A stretch of 64,000 bases of DNA, from contig CBDCXV010000011.1 in the NCBI GenBank assembly GCA_965223905.1, positions 1,760,001 to 1,824,000 on the forward strand, read 5' to 3'. The notes under the pieces were generated by a model. The model was not told the origin of the DNA. It ran no database searches and was given only the letters and a program-made list of their open reading frames with translations. A program made the translations under genes and the position numbers. Source of the DNA: Candidatus Latescibacterota bacterium. Lineage in GTDB: Bacteria > Latescibacterota > UBA2968 > UBA8231. Positions 39,070 to 48,017 of the stretch are shown here, in pieces (the stretch's first letter is position 1; each line of letters opens with the position of its first letter).

Positions 39070-40699
39070 ATGAAGAACATTACCGTATCTGCCGGCGACG
39101 AGACCTGCCGGCTCTCCCGCTTTTTCAACACCGCCGGCCCCATTCAGGCGGAAATTCACTACTACGTTCCACCCCTGGCGCGGCTCGCCGCCGCCGACCT
39201 CCTGCTGCTTATCCGGCAGCGGAAGTACTTCGTCCTGCATGCGCCGCGTCAGACCGGCAAGACCTCCGCACTGCTCGCGCTGAGGGACGAGCTCAACGTC
39301 GGCGGCGAGTTCCGCTGCGCCTACGTCAACGTCGAGATCGGCCAGTCCGCCCGGGAGGACGTGGCCGCGGCCATGCGAGCCATGCTCGGTCAGATGGCCT
39401 CGGAGGCAGAGTGCGTTTTGAGCGACCCGACCCTGGGGAAGATGGGTCTCGACACCCTCAAGGCATTCGGCCCGCACGAAGCTCTCCGAGGGACGCTGGC
39501 CCGTTGGTCGCAAGCCGACGCCAAGCCGCTGGTGCTGCTGATCGACGAGATCGACACGCTAATCGGCGACACCTTGCTGGCGGTGCTGCGGCAACTGCGC
39601 GCCGGCTACCCGGAGCGGCCGCGGCGCTTTCCCCAGAGCGTGATCCTGTGCGGGGTGCGCGACGTGCGCGACTACCGGATTCAGTCGTCCGCTGAAAACG
39701 CGATTATCGCCGGCGGCAGCGCCTTCAACATCCGCGCCGAGTCCCTGCGGCTCGGGGATTTCTCGTGCGACGACGTCGAGTCCCTGCTGGGGCAGCACAC
39801 CGCAGAGACCGGCCAAGCGTTCACGAACGATGCGCGCACCGCGATCTGGGAGCTGACCCAGGGCCAAGCCCTGGCTGGTCAACGCGCTGGCCTACGAAAC
39901 CTGCTTCAAGAACAAGGCCGGCCGCGACCGCGGCCGGGAGGTGACCGCCGAGGCCATCCAGGACGCCCGCGAGCAATTGATCCTGCGCCGCGAGACCCAC
40001 CTCGACCAGCTTACCGACAAGCTCCAGGAGGAGCGCGTGCGCCGGGTGGTCGAGCCGCTCCTGCAGGGCGCCGACGCCGTGGGATCGTTCGCCGACGACG
40101 ACCTGCAGTACGTCCGCGACCTCGGCCTCGTGTGCGCTGACGGCCCCATCGCCATCGCCAACCCGATCTACCGCGAGGTGATCCCGCGCGCCCTCACCTG
40201 GACCACCCAGGCAGGTTTGCTCCACGACCCGGCCTGGTACGTCGACGACCGCGGCGCCCTGGAGGCGGGCAAGCTGCTGGCCGCCTTCCAGGAGTTCTTC
40301 CGCGAGCACTCCGAGCACTGGGTGGAGCGCTTCCAGTACAAGGAGGCCGGACCGCAATTGCTGCTGCAGGCGTTTCTCCAGCGCATCCTCAACAGCGGCG
40401 GCCGCATCGAACGCGAATACGGCCTGGGGCGCATGCGCACCGACCTGCTGCTCATCTGGCCGCTTCCCGCTGCCGGGGGGACGCAGAAAGCCGTCATCGA
40501 GTGCAAGGTGCTGCACCGGGGCTTCGAGCGGACCCTGCGCGAGGGCCTCGAGCAGACGCGCGCCTACATGGAGCGCTGCGCCGCGGCCGAAGGGCACCTC
40601 GTGCTCTTCGACCGCACCGAGGGCAAGTCCTGGGAGGACAAGCTGTACCGCCGCGACCAAACCGAAGGCGGCACCCCGGTCACGGTGTGGGGGATGTGA
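39070..40699 (+). pseudogene. AAA-like ATPase with C-terminal PD-(D/E)XK-like domain, copy 1, +1 frameshift near 39866
   Basis: FFNTAGP, Walker A APRQTGKTS, Walker B LLIDEID, REYGLGRMRTDL...VIECK. Reads GGCCAAGCCCTGG where copy 2 has GGCCAGCCCTGG. Confidence 0.8.
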
Positions 40700-40740
40700 G
40701 CGGTGCCGGGCCTGACCTTGTCGATCAGGAGTTGCAGCAT

Positions 40741-42351
40741 ATGACTACAGAAGCCATGCGTTTCTTCAACACCGCCGGCCCGATCATCGCCGAGGATCAC
40801 TACCACGTCCCGCCGTTGCAGCGGCTGGACCGTGACGAGGTGCTGATGCTCATCCGGCAGCGGAAGTACTTCGTGCTGCACGCGCCCCGCCAGACCGGCA
40901 AGACCTCGGTGTTGCTGGCCCTATGCGATTTGCTCAACAGCGGCGCGGTGGGCGAGTACCGCTGCGTCTACGTGAACATCGAGGCCGCCCAAGCGGCACG
41001 CGAAGATTTGGAAACGGCGATGCGCGCCATCCTTAGCGAACTGGAACTTGGGGCGCTCGAAACGCTGGGCGACGAATCGCTGGCCGGCCTGTGGCGCGGC
41101 GTGCTGGAAAGCGCCGGTCCGGGCGGCGCGCTGCGTCAAGTGCTCGCGCGCTGGGCGGTCGCAGACCCGAAGCCGCTGGTGCTGCTGATCGACGAGATCG
41201 ACGCGCTCATCGGCGACACCCTGCTGGCGGTGCTGAGGCAGCTGCGCGCCGGCTATGTGCATCGCCCGCGCCGCTTTCCCCAAAACGTGATTCTGTGCGG
41301 CGTGCGCGACGTGCGCGACTACCGAATCCAATCGACCGCCGAGAACGCGATCATCGCCGGCGGCAGCGCCTTCAACATCCGCGCCGAGTCCCTGCGGCTG
41401 GGGGACTTCTCGCGCGACGACGTCGAGACGCTGCTGGGGCAGCACACCGCAGAGACCGGTCAGGCGTTCACGAACGATGCGCGCGCCGCCATCTGGGAGC
41501 TGACCCGGGGCCAGCCCTGGCTGGTCAACGCCCTGGCCTACGAAGCCTGCTTCCGGAACAAGGCCGGCCGCGACCGCAGCTGCGAAGTGACCGCTGGATC
41601 CATCCAGGACGCCCGCGAGCAATTGATCCTCCGCCGCGAGACGCACCTCGACCAGCTCACCGACAAGCTCCAGGAGGAGCGCGTGCGCCGGGTGGTCGAG
41701 CCGCTGCTGAGCGGCGCCGGCAGCGCCGGCTCGATGGTCGCCGACGACCTGCAGTACGTGCGCGACCTCGGCCTCGTGGCGCAGGACGGCCCCGTCCGCA
41801 TCGCCAACCCGATCTACCGCGAGGTGATCCCGCGCGACCTCACCTGGACCACGCAGGAGATGTCGATCCACCACGACCCGGCCTGGTACCTGGACGAGCG
41901 CGGAGCCCTGGAGGCGGGCAAGCTGCTGGCCGCCTTCCAGGAGTTCTTCCGCGAGCACTCCGAGCACTGGGTGGAGCGCTTTCAGTACAAGGAGGCCGGA
42001 CCGCAGTTGCTGCTGCAGGCTTTCCTGCAGCGCATCCTCAACAGCGGCGGCCGCATCGAGCGCGAGTACGGCCTGGGGCGCATGCGCACCGACCTGCTGC
42101 TCATCTGGCCGGTTCCCGGAGGTGCGGGCGAAACGCAGAAGGTCGTCATCGAGTGCAAGGTGCTGCACCGGGGCCTCGACCGGACCCGGCGCGAAGGGCT
42201 CGAGCAGACGCGCGCCTACATGGAGCGCTGCGCCGCGGCGGAAGGGCACCTCGTGCTCTTCGACCGCACCGAGGGCAAGTCGTGGGACGACAAGCTGTAT
42301 CGCCGCGACGAAACCGAAGGCGGCGCGCCGGTCACGGTGTGGGGAATGTGA
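40741..42351 (+). CDS. AAA-like ATPase with C-terminal PD-(D/E)XK-like domain, copy 2 (intact)
   Basis: Same motifs as copy 1 in one frame; ends PVTVWGM. Confidence 0.85.
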   Translation: MTTEAMRFFNTAGPIIAEDHYHVPPLQRLDRDEVLMLIRQRKYFVLHAPRQTGKTSVLLALCDLLNSGAVGEYRCVYVNIEAAQAAREDLETAMRAILSELELGALETLGDESLAGLWRGVLESAGPGGALRQVLARWAVADPKPLVLLIDEIDALIGDTLLAVLRQLRAGYVHRPRRFPQNVILCGVRDVRDYRIQSTAENAIIAGGSAFNIRAESLRLGDFSRDDVETLLGQHTAETGQAFTNDARAAIWELTRGQPWLVNALAYEACFRNKAGRDRSCEVTAGSIQDAREQLILRRETHLDQLTDKLQEERVRRVVEPLLSGAGSAGSMVADDLQYVRDLGLVAQDGPVRIANPIYREVIPRDLTWTTQEMSIHHDPAWYLDERGALEAGKLLAAFQEFFREHSEHWVERFQYKEAGPQLLLQAFLQRILNSGGRIEREYGLGRMRTDLLLIWPVPGGAGETQKVVIECKVLHRGLDRTRREGLEQTRAYMERCAAAEGHLVLFDRTEGKSWDDKLYRRDETEGGAPVTVWGM

Positions 42352-42403
42352 GCGGTGCCGGGCGGGCCGAGGCGAAAGGCCCGATGAAGGCGATAATCCA
42401 TCC

Positions 42404-43419
42404 ATGAGCGCGATTCTCCCCATCAATTTCGAAGCCGACTTCGGAAAGCGCGGGGGCGGACTCGAGGCGGCTTGAGCTATGCGACGTTCTCCCCCCGCTT
42501 CTCGGCGAACGACCTCGGGTTCATACGCCGCTCGGACTTCCACCGGCTCGGCCCCTGGGTCGAGCTGCAGGGGTACAGGCGGAAAGGCATTCTGCGGCGC
42601 AGGTTCCTCGACCTGGGAGGGGGCTATCGCTGGAACTACGAGGGCCTGGCACTGGAAAAAGAGATCGAGGTGAATGCCTACCTGGAGACCACTTTCTACT
42701 GGTGGCTCGGTTTCGGCTATACGCACGCCTTCCCGGTTTTCGACGATCTCGGGACCCGCGGCGGACCGCCGATCCGGCGGCCGCGGGGCAACAGCATCTG
42801 GATCGACGTCGAAACCGATGACCAGCGCATCCTGATTGCCGAGGCGGGTTTTTTTTGGGACGGCAACAGCGCCGGCAGCCGCTGGCGCAGTATCGAGGCG
42901 GACCTGCGCTGGCGTGCCGGCGACCGCCTCAGCATCCGCATGGGGCCGGAATTCCGCTGGAACGAGGACAACGGCCAGTGGCTGGCCAACCTCGACGAGG
43001 ACGGAGACGGGGCGCCGGACCGGTTCATCTACGGGGAGCTGGAAAGCAGGGTGCTCGAATGGGCCACCCGCTTCGACCTGCTGTTCTCCCCCGACGCCAG
43101 TCTGCAGCTGTACATGCAGCCGTTCGTCGCCACCGGGGATTACGGCGCCATCAAGGAGCTGACCGCCCCGAAATCCTACCGCTTCTCTCCGTACGAGGAG
43201 TACCGGTCCAACCCCGACTTCAGGCGTCGCTCCCTGCGCAGCAACCTCGTATTCCGCTGGGAGTACGCGCCCGGGAGCACGCTGTTTCTCGTCTGGGCGC
43301 AATCGCGCAGCGCCTTCGACGACGACCCCCGCCTCGGAGCCGGCGACCTTGCCGCCAGTTTCTCCGACGACGGCGACAACATCTGGCTCGCCAAGGTCAA
43401 CTACTGGCTGCGTCTTTGA
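42404..43419 (+). pseudogene. 5'-truncated DUF5916 gene (C-terminal third only)
   Basis: SPRFSANDLGF, TRGGPP, LQLYMQPF, NLVFRWEYAPGSTLFLVW align with the 1767-4313 protein. No signal peptide or CBM9 part; frameshift near 42470. Confidence 0.8.
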
Positions 43420-43468
43420 ACGGGGTGGGCAACCCGGAAGACCTGACGCCAATAGGGGCCGCACCCTT
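42884..43468 (+). repeat. ~585-bp direct repeat, copy A
   Basis: Matches 44663-45247 at a constant offset of 1779 bp; mismatches cluster in the 5' part and ~43021-43444 appears identical. Confidence 0.92.
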
Positions 43469-43631
43469 CTCCCGAATCCTTTGCCCGGTCCGGAGTCATG
43501 GTGTCCCGCCGACGGAGCCGGCTTTTTCAACGCCGGGCTGCCGATTCTGTCAGCCAAACAGCGCCGCCGCCGGTTCACGGCGCGAACCGGGTCCCTGTTC
43601 GAGTGCTCGCGGCCTGGGCATCGCAAATGGT

Positions 43632-43660
43632 TTGACAACCGCACCCATATGTGCTGGAAT
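43632..43660 (+). promoter_or_regulatory. Sigma70-type promoter of hicAB with palindromic spacer (putative operator)
   Basis: TTGACA (43632-43637), 17 bp, TGGAAT (43655-43660). The spacer holds GCAC-CCATAT-GTGC. Confidence 0.65.
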
Positions 43661-43666
43661 GGATTC

Positions 43667-43873
43667 ATGAACGACAGGGAGTTTCTCAGACGAGCCCGGC
43701 GATATGCCCGCAGGCACAGGCTGGACTTCGACTTCGCTTCCAGCCGTGGCAAGGGCAGTCACGGAGAGGTCCGGGTCGGCGCCTGCAGGACTACCGTTCC
43801 GCATGGAGAAATTCCTACAGGCACACTGGTCTCGATGCTGAAGGACCTGCACATTGATAGGAGGGAGTTATAA
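43667..43873 (+). CDS. hicA: HicA-family toxin (type II TA)
   Basis: 68 aa, basic; RGKGSH catalytic-His motif, TTVPHGEIPTGTL; directly upstream of a HicB-like gene. Confidence 0.85.
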   Translation: MNDREFLRRARRYARRHRLDFDFASSRGKGSHGEVRVGACRTTVPHGEIPTGTLVSMLKDLHIDRREL

Positions 43874-43876
43874 ATC

Positions 43877-44365
43877 ATGCGCTACGCCTATCCTTGCAGT
43901 ATCGTCCGCGATGAGGAAGAAGAACGAGCGACTGGGAGGGAAGCCTACAACGTGACCTTCCCGGATGTATACGGGGCCAACACAGGCGGATGGTCACGGG
44001 AAGATGCCCTGGAGTTGGCCGAGGATTGCCTGGGGATTGCCTTGGGCATGTACGTCAAGGCCCGTGAAGACATCCCTGCTCCCAGCCCCCCGGCAGATGG
44101 TCAGGTGCTGATCTCCGTGGCGCCCATCGTCGCAGCGAAGCTGGCCCTTTATGCGGCGATGCGGGAACAAGGCATTACCGACGCCGCCCTTGCCGTCCGG
44201 CTGGGCCTGCAAGACAACGCAGTTCGCCGGCTTCTCGATCCGGGGCATCGATCTCACATTACTTCGGTCGAGAAGGCCCTCCGAGCAGTTGGGCGCTCCC
44301 TGGTGGTGGAGGATAGGGCCGCGGTCCAGTATCCTGAATCCGCTGTCGCCGTGACGTCGACCTGA
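43877..44365 (+). CDS. hicB: HicB-family antitoxin with C-terminal HTH
   Basis: YNVTFPDVYGANTGG...EDALELAEDCL, IPAPS, AKLALYAAMREQGITDAALAVRLG...RLLDP. Confidence 0.88.
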   Translation: MRYAYPCSIVRDEEEERATGREAYNVTFPDVYGANTGGWSREDALELAEDCLGIALGMYVKAREDIPAPSPPADGQVLISVAPIVAAKLALYAAMREQGITDAALAVRLGLQDNAVRRLLDPGHRSHITSVEKALRAVGRSLVVEDRAAVQYPESAVAVTST

Positions 44366-44387
44366 CAAACTTCCCCGGAACCCCCAG

Positions 44388-45198
44388 GTGTTCGATACCC
44401 CCCTTCGACCTCTTCTACTCACGCCGCATAGGCCGCTCCCCTCCCGCTTCCCGATCCCGCCCGGCGCCGAAGAGATCGAGCGCCCCCACTTCACGACCAT
44501 CCTCGAGGCGTCCAAGGTCATCGGCCGCACCTCCGGGGGAAGACCTTCGGACTGCTGCAGCCCTGACCGCCGATCCGGGTGCCCCGCAACAGCAGCATCT
44601 GGTTCGGTTTCGAAACGGATGACCAGCGCACCCTGATTGCCGAGGCCGAGCTCCGTTGGGCCGGCGCAGTCTCGAGGTGGACGTCCGCTGGCGGGCCGGC
44701 GACCGCCTGAGCGTCCGCATGGGGCCGGAGTTCCGCTGGAACGAGGACAACGGCCAGTGGCTGGCCAACCTCGACGAAGACGGAGACTGGGCGCCCGACC
44801 GGTTCATCTACGGGGAGCTGGAAAGCAGGGTGCTCGAATGGGCCACCCGCTTCGACCTGCTGTTCTCCCCCGACGCCAGTCTGCAGCTGTACATGCAGCC
44901 GTTCGTCGCCACCGGGGATTACGGCGCCATCAAGGAGCTGACCGCCCCGAAATCCTACCGCTTCTCTCCGTACGAGGAGTACCGGTCCAACCCCGACTTC
45001 AGGCGTCGCTCCCTGCGCAGCAACCTCGTATTCCGCTGGGAGTACGCGCCCGGGAGCACGCTGTTTCTCGTCTGGGCGCAATCGCGCAGCGCCTTCGACG
45101 ACGACCCCCGCCTCGGAGCCGGCGACCTTGCCGCCAGTTTCTCCGACGACGGCGACAACATCTGGCTCGCCAAGGTCAACTACTGGCTGCGTCTTTGA
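44388..45198 (+). pseudogene. Second DUF5916 remnant with frameshifts and internal deletion
   Basis: Across frames reads DLFYSRRIGR.PSRFPIPPGAEEIERPHFTTILEASKVIGRT, then jumps at ~44565 to PPIRVPRNSSIWFGFETDDQR and the repeated 3' end. Confidence 0.8.
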
Positions 45199-45247
45199 AC
45201 GGGGTGGGCAACCCGGAAGACCTAACGCCAATAGGGGCCGCACCCTT
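44663..45247 (+). repeat. ~585-bp direct repeat, copy B
   Basis: Matches copy A (42884-43468). Confidence 0.92.
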
Positions 45248-45367
45248 GGTGTGGGACTTTCCGGCTTTGGGAAACGCGGACCGAGGGCGCCAGCGGCCGC
45301 ACTCTTTGGTTCGGGGGACTGTGCCGGCCCTTGCGGATGACGAGGACGGACGGCAGCGGCGGGCTGC

Positions 45368-46747
45368 TCAGGACGGCCCCTGATCCTGGCGGCGCTGCCG
45401 CTTCTCCTGCATCTCGCGGGCGAGCCGCTCGAGGTTGGCGGCCGTGCTCGGCCTCGGGGCCTCCTCCCGCTCCCCCGACGGCTCCGTTTCCTCGACCTCC
45501 TCGCGCTGGTGGAACCCGAAACGGGCAGGGATGTCGCGGCGCTGGATGCGCCCGAGGACGGAGGCCAGCTCCTTGAGGCTGGCGGCGTTGTGGGCCGGGG
45601 CGAACAGATCGATGTGCGGCAGGGCGGCGCGCATGCCGCGGGTGTCGGGGCGGTACTCCTCGGAGCCGAGCAGCGGGTTGAGCCAGATCACCGCCAGGGA
45701 GCGGCGGTGGATGTCGCGCATGGCATCGCGCAACAGGTCGATGTCGCCGGTGTCCCAGCCGTCGCTCAGCAGGATGACCGCGGTCTGGTGGTCGAGCAAG
45801 CTGTCGCCGAATCCGTCGAGGAACGTCTGCAGGGAGGCGCCGATGCGCGTGCCCCCCGACCACTGCGGCACCTCCCGGGAGAGCGCGGCCAGCACCTCGT
45901 CGAGGTCCTCGTTGGCCAGGGTGTCGGTGACCCGCCGCAGGGAGGTGCTGAAGACGAAGGTCTCGACGCGCCGGCAGGCGAGCTGGAAGGCGTAGACGAA
46001 CTGGATGAGGAAGCTGCTGTAGAGGTCCATCGAGCGGCTGACGTCGCACAGCAGCACCAGCTTCAGGCGCCGGCGGCGGCGCTGCCTGAAGCTGAGATCG
46101 ACGAGCTCGCCGCCGCGGCGGAGATTGCGCCTGAGGGTGCGCCGCAGGTCGAGGCGGCCGCGGCGGGAGCTGTCGCGGTAGCGGCGGTTGAAGCGCCTGG
46201 CGAGGATCCGGGAGATCAGGGTGACCAGATGGCCGATCTCGTCGAGCTCGTCGGCGCGGAAGCCGGCAAAGTCCCGCCGGGCCATCACTTCGAAGGGGCT
46301 GTACCCGGCGGCCGGCTCCTCGTCGCCGGTCTTCTTCTCCCCCTTGAGCCAGGCGGTGACCGCCCTCAGCGCCGGCTGCTGTTCCGGTGCGCACGGATGG
46401 CGGATCTCCCTGTCCTCCTCCTCCTCTTCCCGCGCCCCCTGCCCCCGCAGAAGCTCGCCGGCGCGGTCCCAGACCTTCCAGTAGGAATCGAAAACCGAGT
46501 CGAAGATCTCCTGCTCCGGGCGGCTCTTGGCCAGGCAGGTCCTGAGCGCTTCGTAGAAATGCTGCCCGGTTCCGAGGTCGATTCGCTCCAGGGCGAGCAG
46601 GGCGTCGGCCGCCTCCGCCGCCCCCGGGCCGGCTCCCTCGCGGCGCAGCAGCCGGCAGAAGCCGACGACGTTGGCGCTCAGCTCCCCGCGCAGGGCGAGG
46701 TCCTCCGGTCCGGAAAATCCGCGGCCGTTCGAAGGTTCAGCGGCCAC
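45368..46747 (-). CDS. CoxE-like VWA domain protein
   Basis: LCDVSRSM MIDAS motif, FVFSTSL, WSGGTRIG, LSDGWDTG, IWLNPLLG. Confidence 0.88.
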   Translation of the reverse strand: MAAEPSNGRGFSGPEDLALRGELSANVVGFCRLLRREGAGPGAAEAADALLALERIDLGTGQHFYEALRTCLAKSRPEQEIFDSVFDSYWKVWDRAGELLRGQGAREEEEEDREIRHPCAPEQQPALRAVTAWLKGEKKTGDEEPAAGYSPFEVMARRDFAGFRADELDEIGHLVTLISRILARRFNRRYRDSSRRGRLDLRRTLRRNLRRGGELVDLSFRQRRRRRLKLVLLCDVSRSMDLYSSFLIQFVYAFQLACRRVETFVFSTSLRRVTDTLANEDLDEVLAALSREVPQWSGGTRIGASLQTFLDGFGDSLLDHQTAVILLSDGWDTGDIDLLRDAMRDIHRRSLAVIWLNPLLGSEEYRPDTRGMRAALPHIDLFAPAHNAASLKELASVLGRIQRRDIPARFGFHQREEVEETEPSGEREEAPRPSTAANLERLAREMQEKRQRRQDQGPS

Positions 46748-47687
46748 CGGCGGTCCTCGCCGCGGCCGGCCCCTCCTGAGCCTGCTCCGTTCCGGGAGGG
46801 GCCTTGGCGCGGATGCCGAGCTCTTCGAGGAACTCGGGAAGGGACTGCTGCATCTGGCGCACGTCCGTCCAGTCCTTGAACACCACCCCGAGGGTCTCCT
46901 CGACGATCCCGGGGTCGAGGTGGTTGCGGTGCAGGGCGACCAGGGCCTTGGCCCAGTCCAGGGTCTCGGCGACGCCGGGCACCTTCTCCAGCTTCTGCCG
47001 GCGCACCAGCGCCATGAAGCGGCAGATCTGGTCGGCGAGCTGCGCGTCGAGACCGTCGACCTTGCCGCGCACGATCGCCAGCTCCTTGTCGAACCCGGGG
47101 TAGTCGATCCACAGGTAGAGGCAGCGCCGGCGGATGGCGTCGGACAGCTCTCGGGTGCGGTTGGAGGTGATGACCACGTGCGGGATGTGGGTCGCGGCGA
47201 TGGTGCCGACCTCGGGGATCGAGATCTGCCAGTCGGAGAGCACCTCGAGCAGGAACGACTCGAACTCCTCGTCGGCGCGGTCGAGCTCGTCTATCAGCAG
47301 CACCGGCGGCCGGTGGTGGGTGATCGCCTCGAGCAGGGGCCGCTTGAGCAGGAAGGCCTCGCTGAAGATGTGGGACTGGCGCTCGTCGAGGCTGCGCTCC
47401 CCCCCTTCTTCGAGACGGATCTGGAGCAGCTGGCGCTGGTAGTTCCACTCGTACAGGGCGGTGCTGGTGTCGAGTCCCTCGTAGCACTGCAGACGGATCA
47501 GGTCGGTGTCGAGGGCCCGCGCCATCACCTTGGCGATCTCCGTCTTGCCTACGCCTGCCGGCCCCTCGACGAGGAGCGGCTTGTTCAGGGTTCGCGCCAG
47601 GTGAAGGGACATGGCGATGGCGGGATCGGCGACGTACTGCTGCTCGCGCAGCATCTTCTCGAGGCGCTCGGTTTCGGGATTCGCCAT
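46737..47687 (-). CDS. MoxR-family AAA+ ATPase (CoxD-like)
   Basis: EGPAGVGKT, RLQCYEGLD, LLIDELDRADEEFE, TSNRTRELSDAIRRRC. Confidence 0.9.
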   Translation of the reverse strand: MANPETERLEKMLREQQYVADPAIAMSLHLARTLNKPLLVEGPAGVGKTEIAKVMARALDTDLIRLQCYEGLDTSTALYEWNYQRQLLQIRLEEGGERSLDERQSHIFSEAFLLKRPLLEAITHHRPPVLLIDELDRADEEFESFLLEVLSDWQISIPEVGTIAATHIPHVVITSNRTRELSDAIRRRCLYLWIDYPGFDKELAIVRGKVDGLDAQLADQICRFMALVRRQKLEKVPGVAETLDWAKALVALHRNHLDPGIVEETLGVVFKDWTDVRQMQQSLPEFLEELGIRAKAPPGTEQAQEGPAAARTAGGR

Positions 47688-48017
47688 CGGCTTTCGTCGG
47701 CAGGTGGGGGAACCGGGATGGATGGGGATCCGTCTAGGCGGAACGGCCACTGCCCGGGTTGGACGGACGCCGCGGGTGCGCCTCGACGGGCCTAATATGC
47801 CTCCCCCAGGATGGGGTCGCAAACGGATTGCCGCCCCGGGGGCAGTCCGTATATTCCTGTCCTTTCTCAACTTAGCAGCCCGGATGGTTTATTCGACGGG
47901 CACCCGGGAGGTCGCGAAACCGATGAACCACCAGGGGGAGAATCACCGATTCCACGCCGCGGCCAGCAGGTTCGCGGCGAGCCGACCTCGACATACTGTT
48001 CATCCCTTTACCTCGGC

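Noticed and set aside
43515-43550. GFFNAGLPI resembling the FFNTAGPI start of the AAA genes
   Set aside because: The match is too short and does not continue; likely chance.
42884-45247. Diversity-generating retroelement template/variable repeat pair
   Set aside because: No reverse transcriptase in the window, mismatches are not confined to adenines, and the 3' part is essentially identical.
47690-48017. Moco riboswitch upstream of moaA; preQ1 riboswitch near queC
   Set aside because: Hairpins exist but I could not match the conserved motifs by eye; a covariance-model search is needed.
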